From a virus (taxonomy: Duplodnaviria > Heunggongvirae > Uroviricota > Caudoviricetes): 32,759 nt of DNA. The stretch spans positions 66,668 through 99,426 of the IMG/VR virus record IMGVR_UViG_3300010883_000008; one strand, given 5' to 3'. The notes below the pieces were generated by a model. It saw only the letters and a list, made by a program, of their open reading frames with translations, was not told the origin of the DNA and did not search any database. A program made the position numbers and the translations under genes. Positions 17,248 to 25,129 of this stretch are shown piece by piece; positions within the stretch are counted from its first letter, which is position 1, and each line of letters starts with the position of its first letter.

Positions 17248-17448
17248 TTAACCCATCTGCTTTACGCGGGCGGTGATAGCCCCGAGAACTTCAATCAGTG
17301 TGTTCTCAACATGCTCAGCTTTGAACATGATGTCCAAAAGACCTACGACATTGTCGTCAACTTGGAAGGGTGTGCGATCTGCAAGCCGGTTGAGCATTGC
17401 GACAATCTCATCACGAAGTTCTTTGCTAAGTTCGTCTAATTCAGGCAT
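17248..17448 (-). CDS. Small hypothetical protein
   Basis: GAGG SD; TPFQVDD motif. Confidence 0.6.
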   Translation of the reverse strand: MPELDELSKELRDEIVAMLNRLADRTPFQVDDNVVGLLDIMFKAEHVENTLIEVLGAITARVKQMG

Positions 17449-17505
17449 GATTCAATTCCTCGGGTTATACGTCGGTTAGTGTCAAGGGCACTAATAGACT
17501 ATAGC

Positions 17506-18369
17506 TTAGGAGGAAGTACCTGTCAAGTGATTTACCTGCTGAACAAATGCTTGCATAGCAGCATGTCGGATTCGTCCACGTTTCTGATTATCGTATTCTT
17601 GTTGCACGTCAGAAGTGTTAGCACCTAGTCGACAGATAACACTTCCCACTTTAGTTTGGCCGTAGAACTTAGACGGACGTTTTTCAGCATCAACTCGGAC
17701 ATGGGGTTCCCAGGCATCCCACTGTCCCCGAAGTCCGATCCTCCAAAGCAGTTCAACTTTGTCTACCATGGCATACGGGAGCTTTTCGTTGAACACTACG
17801 TCATGCTGCATCCCAAAGACCACTTGAGGTTCCGCAGGTCCTTTGACGAGTTTCCCGCCCACGCGAAACTCCATTTCAGGGTCGGGTTTCTGCCCGTAAT
17901 TCTCATTCAGCCCCATCCGCCAAGTCGGGACCGCGAAATACTGAGTCTCCGTATTTTGTGCAATCAGTTGCACAAGGGCCTCCCATTCCTGATGACGGAA
18001 GATACAGCCCCCATCTGAGGGCATTACGTGGGAAGCGGAGTACTTGTACTTCGCCAAGCGGATACAAGTATTTCTGGCGTTATTGACGTTACATAGGTAG
18101 TGAATCTGATCCCCCGAGCGGTTGCCTAAGTGGCTGTAGTGTGCCCGATTAAACAGGATCTCGTCGTAGCCACACCCGTGTTCCCTAAGTAAATTCGCCA
18201 AAGCCTCAGCTTTATCCGGGTCCACAATCCGATTCAGGAGAAACCGTTTCTCGCATCCCGGCAGGTGCGGTTCATTCTCTAAGATGAACTTCGTGTTTTT
18301 GTAGGTCTGATCCTCGTCGTGTCGCGGGGGCAGATCATTACCTAGAATACGGTACAGGATAAATGTCAT
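17506..18369 (-). CDS. Putative glycosyltransferase-like protein (GT-A-like)
   Basis: LYRILGNDLPPRH...FILENEP...NRIVD...NNARN...MPSDGGC...EPQ..F; family recognised from memory, function inferred from context. Confidence 0.45.
   Translation of the reverse strand: MTFILYRILGNDLPPRHDEDQTYKNTKFILENEPHLPGCEKRFLLNRIVDPDKAEALANLLREHGCGYDEILFNRAHYSHLGNRSGDQIHYLCNVNNARNTCIRLAKYKYSASHVMPSDGGCIFRHQEWEALVQLIAQNTETQYFAVPTWRMGLNENYGQKPDPEMEFRVGGKLVKGPAEPQVVFGMQHDVVFNEKLPYAMVDKVELLWRIGLRGQWDAWEPHVRVDAEKRPSKFYGQTKVGSVICRLGANTSDVQQEYDNQKRGRIRHAAMQAFVQQVNHLTGTSS
17958..17973. repeat. Dispersed palindrome copy 8 (N4), GTGCAATCAGTTGCAC, in CDS
   Basis: Read directly; arms extend to TTGTGCAA/TTGCACAA; encodes VQLIAQ. 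Confidence 0.85.
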
Positions 18370-18893
18370 AGCTCAGTTGCTCTACCTAAGGAGATTAGGA
18401 AATCGATGAACTGGCGTTCAATCGGGAACTTGTGAAGCGTATGGGACTCCCCATCGGGGTAGTAATGGATGTGTTTCTTCTTAGTTGATTGCCCGAATCC
18501 GCAGAAGTTGATTTTCTCGTACATCATCGAGAAGTGAGCTAGAGCATGGATACCCGTTGACCAGCACCACTTTTTACTGGGGATAATGTCCAAGACCTTC
18601 TCAATGTAGATCTGACCGAAGTCCCCCAGTATACGATCCCCTGGACGCTTCCAATTATGGGGCGGCATCGGGCGACCCCGGGAAATCTTTACGTAGGACT
18701 CCGTAGCAACCCGATGCTCTTGTACATAGGGGTGCCGCACCCAAATATGAGTATGGTTGCCTACATACCTTTCAAAGCCTTTGGTCTTGTATGCGTTAAG
18801 ACGTATCACCGTCTCATGCTCATCGATTAAATTTCCTAGCGGCTTGTCTAGCAAATTGGAACCATTCCCGACTAGTACGAGTTCCTTGCTCAT
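18366..18893 (-). CDS. GT29-like sialyltransferase 1
   Basis: Sialylmotif L-like VGNGSNLL..LG..ID....VIRLN.....GFE..VG..T; S-like STGIHAL...INFCGF; motif III/VS-like HYY......HKFPIE. Confidence 0.78.
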   Translation of the reverse strand: MSKELVLVGNGSNLLDKPLGNLIDEHETVIRLNAYKTKGFERYVGNHTHIWVRHPYVQEHRVATESYVKISRGRPMPPHNWKRPGDRILGDFGQIYIEKVLDIIPSKKWCWSTGIHALAHFSMMYEKINFCGFGQSTKKKHIHYYPDGESHTLHKFPIERQFIDFLISLGRATEL

Positions 18894-19533
18894 TCATCAT
18901 CCCTTTATTTATCAGATCCGTAAGACGTACCACTTTGCCCTCAGCCATCAGTTCCCGAATCTTCTTTTCTTCGTAAGCCAAATCGTGCAACTTGAAGTTG
19001 TCCGAGGGTCGGTCAAAGTAGTGCTTCTTGTCCCGTTTCTTGAGAGTGTCGTCTACCGTACAAAACCCATGTATGCAGACTACCGAGTAGTCCAATAAGA
19101 ATCGCATTATCGCCAAATACCCGCTAGTCAAATTACGAGTTTTTTCATAGTCCTCAGAAGCTACCGTCTTAAACCGTATAGTATGCTTCTTGAAAAAGTC
19201 CGTCAATTGTTGTCGTCGAACATTATCTCGTCGATGACACGTGATCAGGTAATCTGCATCTTGTACAAGAGTGTCCTTCCCCTTAGTTACCAAGTTAACT
19301 ACTTGTCGTGAAGTGTTGATACCAATGTCGGTAACTTTTCGACCTGCATACATTGCCTTTACCGCGTTAGTGGCAATATCGTATCCCCGAAACCTACAGA
19401 TGCGGGGAAACGAGTCTATCGCCGCCGCAACTGGGTGTTTCAATATAGAAGCTCCGCTACCCACGATAATAGTGTGAGGTAGATAGTCCGGAAGGATTAT
19501 ACTCGGAGCTTCTGGTGTGCGGGTTTTTCCCAT
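18820..19533 (-). CDS. GT29-like sialyltransferase 2
   Basis: IVGSGASIL.....AIDSF..ICRF; LTSGYLA...VCIHGF; HYFD......HDLAYE. Confidence 0.68.
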   Translation of the reverse strand: MGKTRTPEAPSIILPDYLPHTIIVGSGASILKHPVAAAIDSFPRICRFRGYDIATNAVKAMYAGRKVTDIGINTSRQVVNLVTKGKDTLVQDADYLITCHRRDNVRRQQLTDFFKKHTIRFKTVASEDYEKTRNLTSGYLAIMRFLLDYSVVCIHGFCTVDDTLKKRDKKHYFDRPSDNFKLHDLAYEEKKIRELMAEGKVVRLTDLINKGMMNEQGTRTSREWFQFARQAARKFNR

Positions 19534-20327
19534 TCTTTTAACTCCAAACTACCGTCGCCTAAGGCTACCGAAGCCCAATCCAACGTGGTTACTAGTTTAG
19601 CCAGTTCCTCAGGCTTCAAAGATGAGCTATGATCAGTTCCCCACATTGATCGATCTAGAGTTACATGTTTCTCAATCCACATAGCTCCCATCATGTAAGC
19701 CCAGACCGCAGGTTCAAGCTCCATCTCGTGCCCGGAGTAACCCCATTGAGTATCGTGCAGAGGTAGCTGTTTTTGAAGCTCCCGGATAGCCGCTAAGTTA
19801 CAATGGGCTAAGGGGGTAGGGTATTCACTCACCGAGTGCATAACTACCGGGCGGGGGAGAATCGACCAAGCTCGGACAATCTCGGAGATCGTAGACATGC
19901 CCGTGGACATGATTACTAAAGGTCCCGCATCTGCACAAGCCATGACCAGATCTCGGTCGGTAATGCTGGCAGAGGCAATCTTGATCCAAGGCGGGTCGAA
20001 TTCCATCAACCTATCGAGCGAGGGGAGATCCCAAACTGACGCCGACCATTCCAGCCCGATGTTTATGCAATGACTTTCGATTTCCGTGTATTGTTCTGGG
20101 GTGAACTCCATACGCTTTTTGTAATCAAAATACGTCATTTCCCCCCAAGGGGTTTGCCGCAGCTTCCCCCGCTCAGATTCGGGGACACATATCTCCGGAG
20201 TACGCATTTGAAACTTAGCGTAGTCCCCGCCTGCCTGCTTGATCGCAGAACATAGCTGCATAGCTGTGTCCACCGAACCATTGTGGTTGATGCCTATTTC
20301 GCCGATAACTTTAGGTGGATTCATCAT
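19497..20327 (-). CDS. neuB: N-acetylneuraminate/nonulosonate synthase, short form lacking the SAF domain
   Basis: GEIGINHNG, AKFQ, IKIAS, MSTGM, HSVSEYP, GYSGHE, IEKHVTLD..MWGTDHSSS. Confidence 0.93.
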   Translation of the reverse strand: MMNPPKVIGEIGINHNGSVDTAMQLCSAIKQAGGDYAKFQMRTPEICVPESERGKLRQTPWGEMTYFDYKKRMEFTPEQYTEIESHCINIGLEWSASVWDLPSLDRLMEFDPPWIKIASASITDRDLVMACADAGPLVIMSTGMSTISEIVRAWSILPRPVVMHSVSEYPTPLAHCNLAAIRELQKQLPLHDTQWGYSGHEMELEPAVWAYMMGAMWIEKHVTLDRSMWGTDHSSSLKPEELAKLVTTLDWASVALGDGSLELKEWEKPAHQKLRV

Positions 20328-20983
20328 CTTCGTCCCTTTTTTCGTCTACGTTTCAGTTTCTCAACAGCCTTCTTTTTCTTAGCGTCCTCCCGTTTGATAT
20401 GATCTCGGGAGTACCGTTTTTTAGCTAACTCAAAACCTTCCACAAATTCCGGAAGATCTAGATGCCAAAAATCACCGATTCGCTGGATCGTTTCGATAGG
20501 CTCGTTAGTGACCTCCATGTAGGTCACATTCAGGACGGTCGTTCTACTAAGATCCGACCAAGCCTTCCATGTATCATAAAAGATTTGCATCTCAGTTATT
20601 AAGTCGGGGATAAACTGAGTATGCAGTTTAATATGGCTAGGCCCCATGGACCGTAAGTATGCTTGGGTCGCGGCTTCGGGTTCCCGAGTAAGCAATACTA
20701 TGGGTGTATCTTTGAGTATGTGCAGGTTGTGCAGCGTAGGTAGAACGTGCTGCTTGAATATGTACCCGGGAGCCGCCCACTTAGCGACTCTATCGGCGTC
20801 CAAAGTATCTACCGCATCCGAGTGCATATAGCCTAACTGGGGGAATACGAGATCCTTCTGAAAGGCGGGCCAAACATGCAACTCCGTACGAATAAAATCT
20901 TGTACCGCAGGCCAACCCAACACGTCCCCCAAGGACGCGAGTAAGCTACTAGATGCAGTTTTAGGTTGAGCCACTATGAGCAT
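20324..20983 (-). CDS. Sulfotransferase-like protein
   Basis: QPKTASSS 5'-PSB loop; KQH; LLTREP; YMEV..EP. Confidence 0.65.
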   Translation of the reverse strand: MLIVAQPKTASSSLLASLGDVLGWPAVQDFIRTELHVWPAFQKDLVFPQLGYMHSDAVDTLDADRVAKWAAPGYIFKQHVLPTLHNLHILKDTPIVLLTREPEAATQAYLRSMGPSHIKLHTQFIPDLITEMQIFYDTWKAWSDLSRTTVLNVTYMEVTNEPIETIQRIGDFWHLDLPEFVEGFELAKKRYSRDHIKREDAKKKKAVEKLKRRRKKGRR

Positions 20984-20986
20984 GAA

Positions 20987-21586
20987 CTACGCTCCAAGTG
21001 GGGGTTTAACGAACAAAGCCATACTTTGGGAAGGTTCCCAATTCCAATCCCTGCGTATCATCGGGGTCAAGGTAGTACCTGTAGCCAATTCAAACACTTG
21101 TGGGATCGTATAACTGCCGGGAGTCTTTCGAGCCGACTCTTTTATTTGACGGTATACTACGTAGATCCGTCCTCCGGGAGCCAACACTTTATCCGCCGCA
21201 CGTAGAAAGTAATTAGCTTGAGATAGTTTCAGGCTTGGTAGAAGCATGAATGCCCAAATGTAGTGGTACGGCCCTGGATCAAACGTGAACTGACTATCCA
21301 CCAATACCGAAGGTTGTTTCTCCAAGCAGAGTTCGGTGGATAACTCTTGATCCATCCCCGCTTCCACAAGTTCTTGACTGTTATCGAATCCGTGGTAGTT
21401 TCCCATGTTCAAATACGGGATGACTTTACGACCCAAACGAAAGGCTCCACAGCCCACATCTAGTAGACGATGGTTAGGTTGTAAGCCTTCCTGTAATAGG
21501 TAGGAGAATTGAGCTTGTCCCAAAGGTTCCCAACTATCGTGGCCCCGAGGACCTCCAATGTGTTTCTTGTAGTCGAATTCCGCCAT
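20987..21586 (-). CDS. Class I SAM-dependent methyltransferase
   Basis: LLDVGCGAFR, YHGFD, LAPGG. Confidence 0.85.
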   Translation of the reverse strand: MAEFDYKKHIGGPRGHDSWEPLGQAQFSYLLQEGLQPNHRLLDVGCGAFRLGRKVIPYLNMGNYHGFDNSQELVEAGMDQELSTELCLEKQPSVLVDSQFTFDPGPYHYIWAFMLLPSLKLSQANYFLRAADKVLAPGGRIYVVYRQIKESARKTPGSYTIPQVFELATGTTLTPMIRRDWNWEPSQSMALFVKPPLGA

Positions 21587-21915
21587 TATTCTAATTCCTC
21601 AATTCTCATTGATCGGTCGTCAATCAGCACGTCAAAGGGAGGCTTATTCCCCAGGTCCAGTCGATGATACTTGACCCCCCAATCCTGCAACTGAGATTCC
21701 GTAATAGTAAGGAGTCGAACTACGCGACGTTGGTTTGCGGGGGTCCCCGAACCTCGTGCTGTATACATGACGATGGTATGACCTTCGTCAAACAGCTTGT
21801 TGATTTTGGCAATCTGGTCGTACCGGGGAGTCGCGTTTTCGTAGTCGACTCCCACTGTGGTACAGATTGTATTATCGATGTCTACGTAATAGACGGAAGG
21901 TACAGGCATCTTCAT
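21586..21915 (-). CDS. Short HAD-superfamily phosphatase (capsule-biosynthesis type)
   Basis: DIDNT motif I, YTARG motif II, KP..D..IDDR motifs III/IV. Confidence 0.82.
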   Translation of the reverse strand: MKMPVPSVYYVDIDNTICTTVGVDYENATPRYDQIAKINKLFDEGHTIVMYTARGSGTPANQRRVVRLLTITESQLQDWGVKYHRLDLGNKPPFDVLIDDRSMRIEELE

Positions 21916-22532
21916 CAGAGTACTCTACAGGTTAAGAAGGATTCGACGTTTTCTCGCCACCCCCCCATATCGTCTATTGGAGGACGGTCGGCACCTGAGG
22001 GCCAAAAGCCCCGAATATCATTGCGGCGTTTAGTATAGTCGAATCCCCGCTCCACGGTCTCCGCTCCTGAAAACAAAGATTCCAAGCATTTCGGGGAGAA
22101 TCTCCAATAGTCCATGGGGCAGGGGTGGTATCTCCAAGACCAAGGAACTACGGTAAAGATGTATCCTCCAGGCTTGGTGATCCGTTGAATCTGTTCGGCA
22201 CAGATCCAAGGCCGTTCTACATGCTCCAAGACATCAATTGAGATAACTACGTCGAAGGTGTTATCTGGGATCGTACATTCATGCAGATCTTGAATGTAAA
22301 TGTTGTCAGGCGACATTTCGGGAAAGGCCTTCTTTACCCGATTGATATTCAGATCTAATACTGAATACTGGGTCCCCGTAGGAACCAGCTTCCATGAAGC
22401 CTCCCGAGTTATCGGAGATTTCGTCGCCCCGATCTCCAACACGGAGGAGTTACTTGCCATCAATTTATACAGGCGTTGTAGGGCCTTACGCCATTGTCGA
22501 GGCTGTACTTCGGGAAGAGATTTAATTGCCAC
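21915..22532 (-). CDS. Class I SAM-dependent methyltransferase (Methyltransf_11-like)
   Basis: VLEIGA, FDVVISIDVLEHV..PW, KPGG, HP.P.DYWRF. Confidence 0.85.
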   Translation of the reverse strand: MAIKSLPEVQPRQWRKALQRLYKLMASNSSVLEIGATKSPITREASWKLVPTGTQYSVLDLNINRVKKAFPEMSPDNIYIQDLHECTIPDNTFDVVISIDVLEHVERPWICAEQIQRITKPGGYIFTVVPWSWRYHPCPMDYWRFSPKCLESLFSGAETVERGFDYTKRRNDIRGFWPSGADRPPIDDMGGWRENVESFLTCRVL

Positions 22533-23190
22533 GGTAAAGACGCTCCATTAGTTGGGCTTGTACTAGGTCCGCAGGTTCATCGATCTCAAGTCGGGGAGAC
22601 TCCGAGATGTGAAGTCCCGTCCTCCCGCAAAAGCGATTCTGAGTTTCAAGGAACAGCTTACGGCGGAATGCATAGACTGATCCGGTTTCCAAATACTTCG
22701 CAGGATACCGGTGACGTTGTACTCGCATAACATCTTCGTTATGTGTGATACCTTTACCCCCCGCTCCCCATATGAATCCATGGAAGGGGGCGACGGCTAA
22801 GGCCGAGTCGTATTCTCCCGACTGTACAAGAGCCGCAGTTCCCCGAATATCCTCCGCTGTAACGAAGGGGGAAGTGCATTGCACGAAGGCGACTACAGAA
22901 CAGTCTGAGGGCCAGAAATGTTCGATAGCGTAGACTAAAGATCCCTCACTCGGGGAATTATCCGTAGTTAGCCTTTCAGGAAGATTAATTATCCTTGCAC
23001 CGTAGGCCAAGGCTTCTTCTTTGATCGTAGGGCAATCCGTTGCGACTACACAAGGAGAATCAAGGAACGCCTCCTTAGCCGCAAGGACTGAACGTGCAAT
23101 CAGCGAGGTATTCCCCACCAGTTGCACATTCTTCATCGGGACGCCTTTAGACCCCCCGCGAGCCGGTATGATAACGTAGGCTTTGTCCAT
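22522..23190 (-). CDS. neuA: Acylneuraminate cytidylyltransferase (CMP-nonulosonate synthetase)
   Basis: IIPARGGSKGVPMKN, QCTSPF, ETGSVY, EIDEPAD; start revised to ATG 23190 (TAATG). Confidence 0.92.
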   Translation of the reverse strand: MDKAYVIIPARGGSKGVPMKNVQLVGNTSLIARSVLAAKEAFLDSPCVVATDCPTIKEEALAYGARIINLPERLTTDNSPSEGSLVYAIEHFWPSDCSVVAFVQCTSPFVTAEDIRGTAALVQSGEYDSALAVAPFHGFIWGAGGKGITHNEDVMRVQRHRYPAKYLETGSVYAFRRKLFLETQNRFCGRTGLHISESPRLEIDEPADLVQAQLMERLYRGN

Positions 23191-23849
23191 TAGTCCCAAT
23201 CTCCGGGAGAGTGAAAGAAGCAATCCTTGCCAATGACGTAGCCAAGTTGTTCTACTTGATCCGTAATAGCCTGTTGGGACACGCCCTCCCGACCATGGAT
23301 CTCTACTGTAAGATTCGGGTGACAGTTCTCAAGCATTTGTAATGCTCCCGAGATCACGCGGTTTTCCGCACCCTCCACATCCAGATCCATCCAAGTGACC
23401 TCAGTGAAATTCAGGTCATCTAGTGTTGTGGTTAATGTAGTTCCTCCGGTATCCAACTTACATCCGCCCGATCCATAATTGCGGGGAGCCTCATGCACCG
23501 ATACCCGGTCTCCCGACGAGTCCCACAAAGCTCCGTTTATAGCTGTCACGTTAGTGATGTTGTTAGTCCGTAGATTATGTACTAGTAACGCGTATAGCTT
23601 AGGATCGGCCTCAAAGGTCGTCACATGGGCGACAACTTGCGATAGCCAAATGGGTGAGCTTCCGTAAAATCCTCCCGCGAATATCACATGAGACTCGGGG
23701 GTCAACCACTTGTGAGTGGCCCATTTCAGAAGGCGTACCTCCCAAGGGTCCCCGTGACTCATGGTGGCGAGAATGTCACAGTCCGCGTAGCCTCGGATTG
23801 TGGCATCTTTCCCATACGTTCGGATGACGGCATCCCGGAACATGCTCAA
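23190..23849 (-). CDS. FkbM family methyltransferase
   Basis: FEADP.LY..L..NL..N, TTLDD, MDLDVEGAE.RVISGA...L. Confidence 0.82.
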   Translation of the reverse strand: MSMFRDAVIRTYGKDATIRGYADCDILATMSHGDPWEVRLLKWATHKWLTPESHVIFAGGFYGSSPIWLSQVVAHVTTFEADPKLYALLVHNLRTNNITNVTAINGALWDSSGDRVSVHEAPRNYGSGGCKLDTGGTTLTTTLDDLNFTEVTWMDLDVEGAENRVISGALQMLENCHPNLTVEIHGREGVSQQAITDQVEQLGYVIGKDCFFHSPGDWD

Positions 23850-24226
23850 TCCGCCACATGCTCAGTTAAGTAGTTTCGGACGATCTCAACCACGGCAAAC
23901 TTGCAGGGGCAATTATCGAGAAGGTTATTCAGTCTGGCGTCTGCATCGGCGTAGTCGTCGCAGAGGATCGTAATAGGCATCTCACGGATGACCACAGACA
24001 ACCCTTTGAGGGTTTCCGTAACGAAAATTCCCCGAGCTTCCGTAGCCTCTTGAGATTCAGGTCGCAGGGGCCAAAAGTCGTCGGTAACTTCCCCATACGT
24101 AGTACGCACAGGCTCAAGTTTTGAGACGTGAGTTCGTACTTGTTCAAATGCCAGTTCGGAATCTTCCATCTGGCGTCCAAACTTCCGATACGTCAGGCGT
24201 AGTTCAGTCTTCCACTTCCGGTCCAT
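23846..24226 (-). CDS. Hypothetical protein
   Basis: 126-aa ORF, GGAG SD. Confidence 0.65.
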   Translation of the reverse strand: MDRKWKTELRLTYRKFGRQMEDSELAFEQVRTHVSKLEPVRTTYGEVTDDFWPLRPESQEATEARGIFVTETLKGLSVVIREMPITILCDDYADADARLNNLLDNCPCKFAVVEIVRNYLTEHVAD

Positions 24227-24452
24227 GAGTTTCTCCCGCGAGGTTAAGTGGTCGCCCTGGTCGGCGACGGTCGTTGTCTCTGTACCAAACCAGTTCAGGT
24301 GCTTGGATTACCCAGGCACCTCCAATTTTCTGTCCAAAGTGTCCGTCTGCACATAAGTTACGTATTTGCTTCCCAGACACGCCGAGGAAAGCCCCGGCTG
24401 CGTTAGGGTCGAGCAAAACAACTCGTTCAGGTTTTGGAGGTTTCTCAGACAT
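24204..24452 (-). CDS. Helix-turn-helix (excisionase/HTH_17-like) DNA-binding protein with AT-hook-like tail
   Basis: LLDPNAAGAFLGVSGKQIRNLCADG..GQKIGGAWVI; RRRPGRP. Confidence 0.75.
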   Translation of the reverse strand: MSEKPPKPERVVLLDPNAAGAFLGVSGKQIRNLCADGHFGQKIGGAWVIQAPELVWYRDNDRRRPGRPLNLAGETHGPEVED

Positions 24453-24458
24453 GTCGGA

Positions 24459-24487
24459 ATTATAGCCACTCTCGGAAGTATTGTCAA
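24459..24487 (-). promoter_or_regulatory. Perfect consensus sigma70 promoter TTGACA-N17-TATAAT
   Basis: -35 at 24487-24482 (contains the upstream TGA stop), -10 at 24464-24459; predicted +1 is 24452. Confidence 0.9.
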
Positions 24488-25107
24488 ACCGGTTCCGGCC
24501 AAATCTCAGCTACCCCCGGTTTTACGTTAGGCCAAGTCTCTTGATAGAGCAAACCTCCCTGCAATCCTACAAGACGGCTGCGATGAAAATAGTGCAATGC
24601 GTCCCAATCCATCCACCAAGGAATCTCATGCTCGAATTTCGTAAGGTACTCCGGGGGATCGAGGGGGATCAGTCCTGTACCATCCGCACGCTTAACATCA
24701 GGCCAAAGTCTGAGTATCCAAGCATTCAAGAAATCATCATGACCTTTGAACATACGGAGAGCCGGATGATCCCTTCGCCAGCCCATAGCTATCGATGCGG
24801 GATACGGGGAGATCTCCTTCTGAATTATGGTCAGCGTCCGATACAGTTGACATTTTTCTTGTATCTGGAGACCATCATGAATGAGTCCTATGTGTTGTTC
24901 TGTGATGTAGGGTAACAGGCGGTTCTGGGAAATGAACTCGTATGCCCCCGAATTACCGTCTCCCCGCCACATCTCCTTACCGTTATCCCCGTCAAACACG
25001 ATGCATTCCTGACGTATGCCATGGGACGGACGCTTCTTTTTCGACCGTCTGAATCGCATAGTCATTCGACCGTGGTCAAATTCCTCAACGTAATCAACTA
25101 AATCCAT
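24484..25107 (-). CDS. T4 endonuclease V (pyrimidine-dimer glycosylase)-like protein, MSMEG_6728-type, with N-terminal extension
   Basis: LLPY...Q..RTL...GW..HPALRMFKG...PWW....LH..HRSRL...Y...W....IWP; start at 25107 preferred over 25161. Confidence 0.6.
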   Translation of the reverse strand: MDLVDYVEEFDHGRMTMRFRRSKKKRPSHGIRQECIVFDGDNGKEMWRGDGNSGAYEFISQNRLLPYITEQHIGLIHDGLQIQEKCQLYRTLTIIQKEISPYPASIAMGWRRDHPALRMFKGHDDFLNAWILRLWPDVKRADGTGLIPLDPPEYLTKFEHEIPWWMDWDALHYFHRSRLVGLQGGLLYQETWPNVKPGVAEIWPEPV

Positions 25108-25108
25108 T

Positions 25109-25125
25109 GTGCAACCCGATTGCAC
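25109..25125. repeat. Dispersed palindrome copy 9 (N5), GTGCAACCCGATTGCAC, at gene junction
   Basis: Fills the 22-nt gap between stop 25130 and ATG 25107. Confidence 0.8.
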
Positions 25126-25129
25126 TGGG

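Noticed and set aside
17215-17439. Alternative minus-strand ORF overlapping 17248-17448
   Set aside because: The other frame has the SD (GAGG) and a more protein-like amphipathic sequence.
17464-17485. TTGACA and TATAAC hexamers upstream of ORF 17448
   Set aside because: The spacer is only 10 nt, incompatible with a sigma70 promoter.
22874-22884. GTGCATTGCAC, a collapsed version of the dispersed palindrome (also the weaker GGGCAATCCGTTGCGA at 23030)
   Set aside because: It lacks the full arm and spacer, and a short match of this kind can arise by chance. Not counted as a site, though its position roughly fits the 2-3 kb rhythm.
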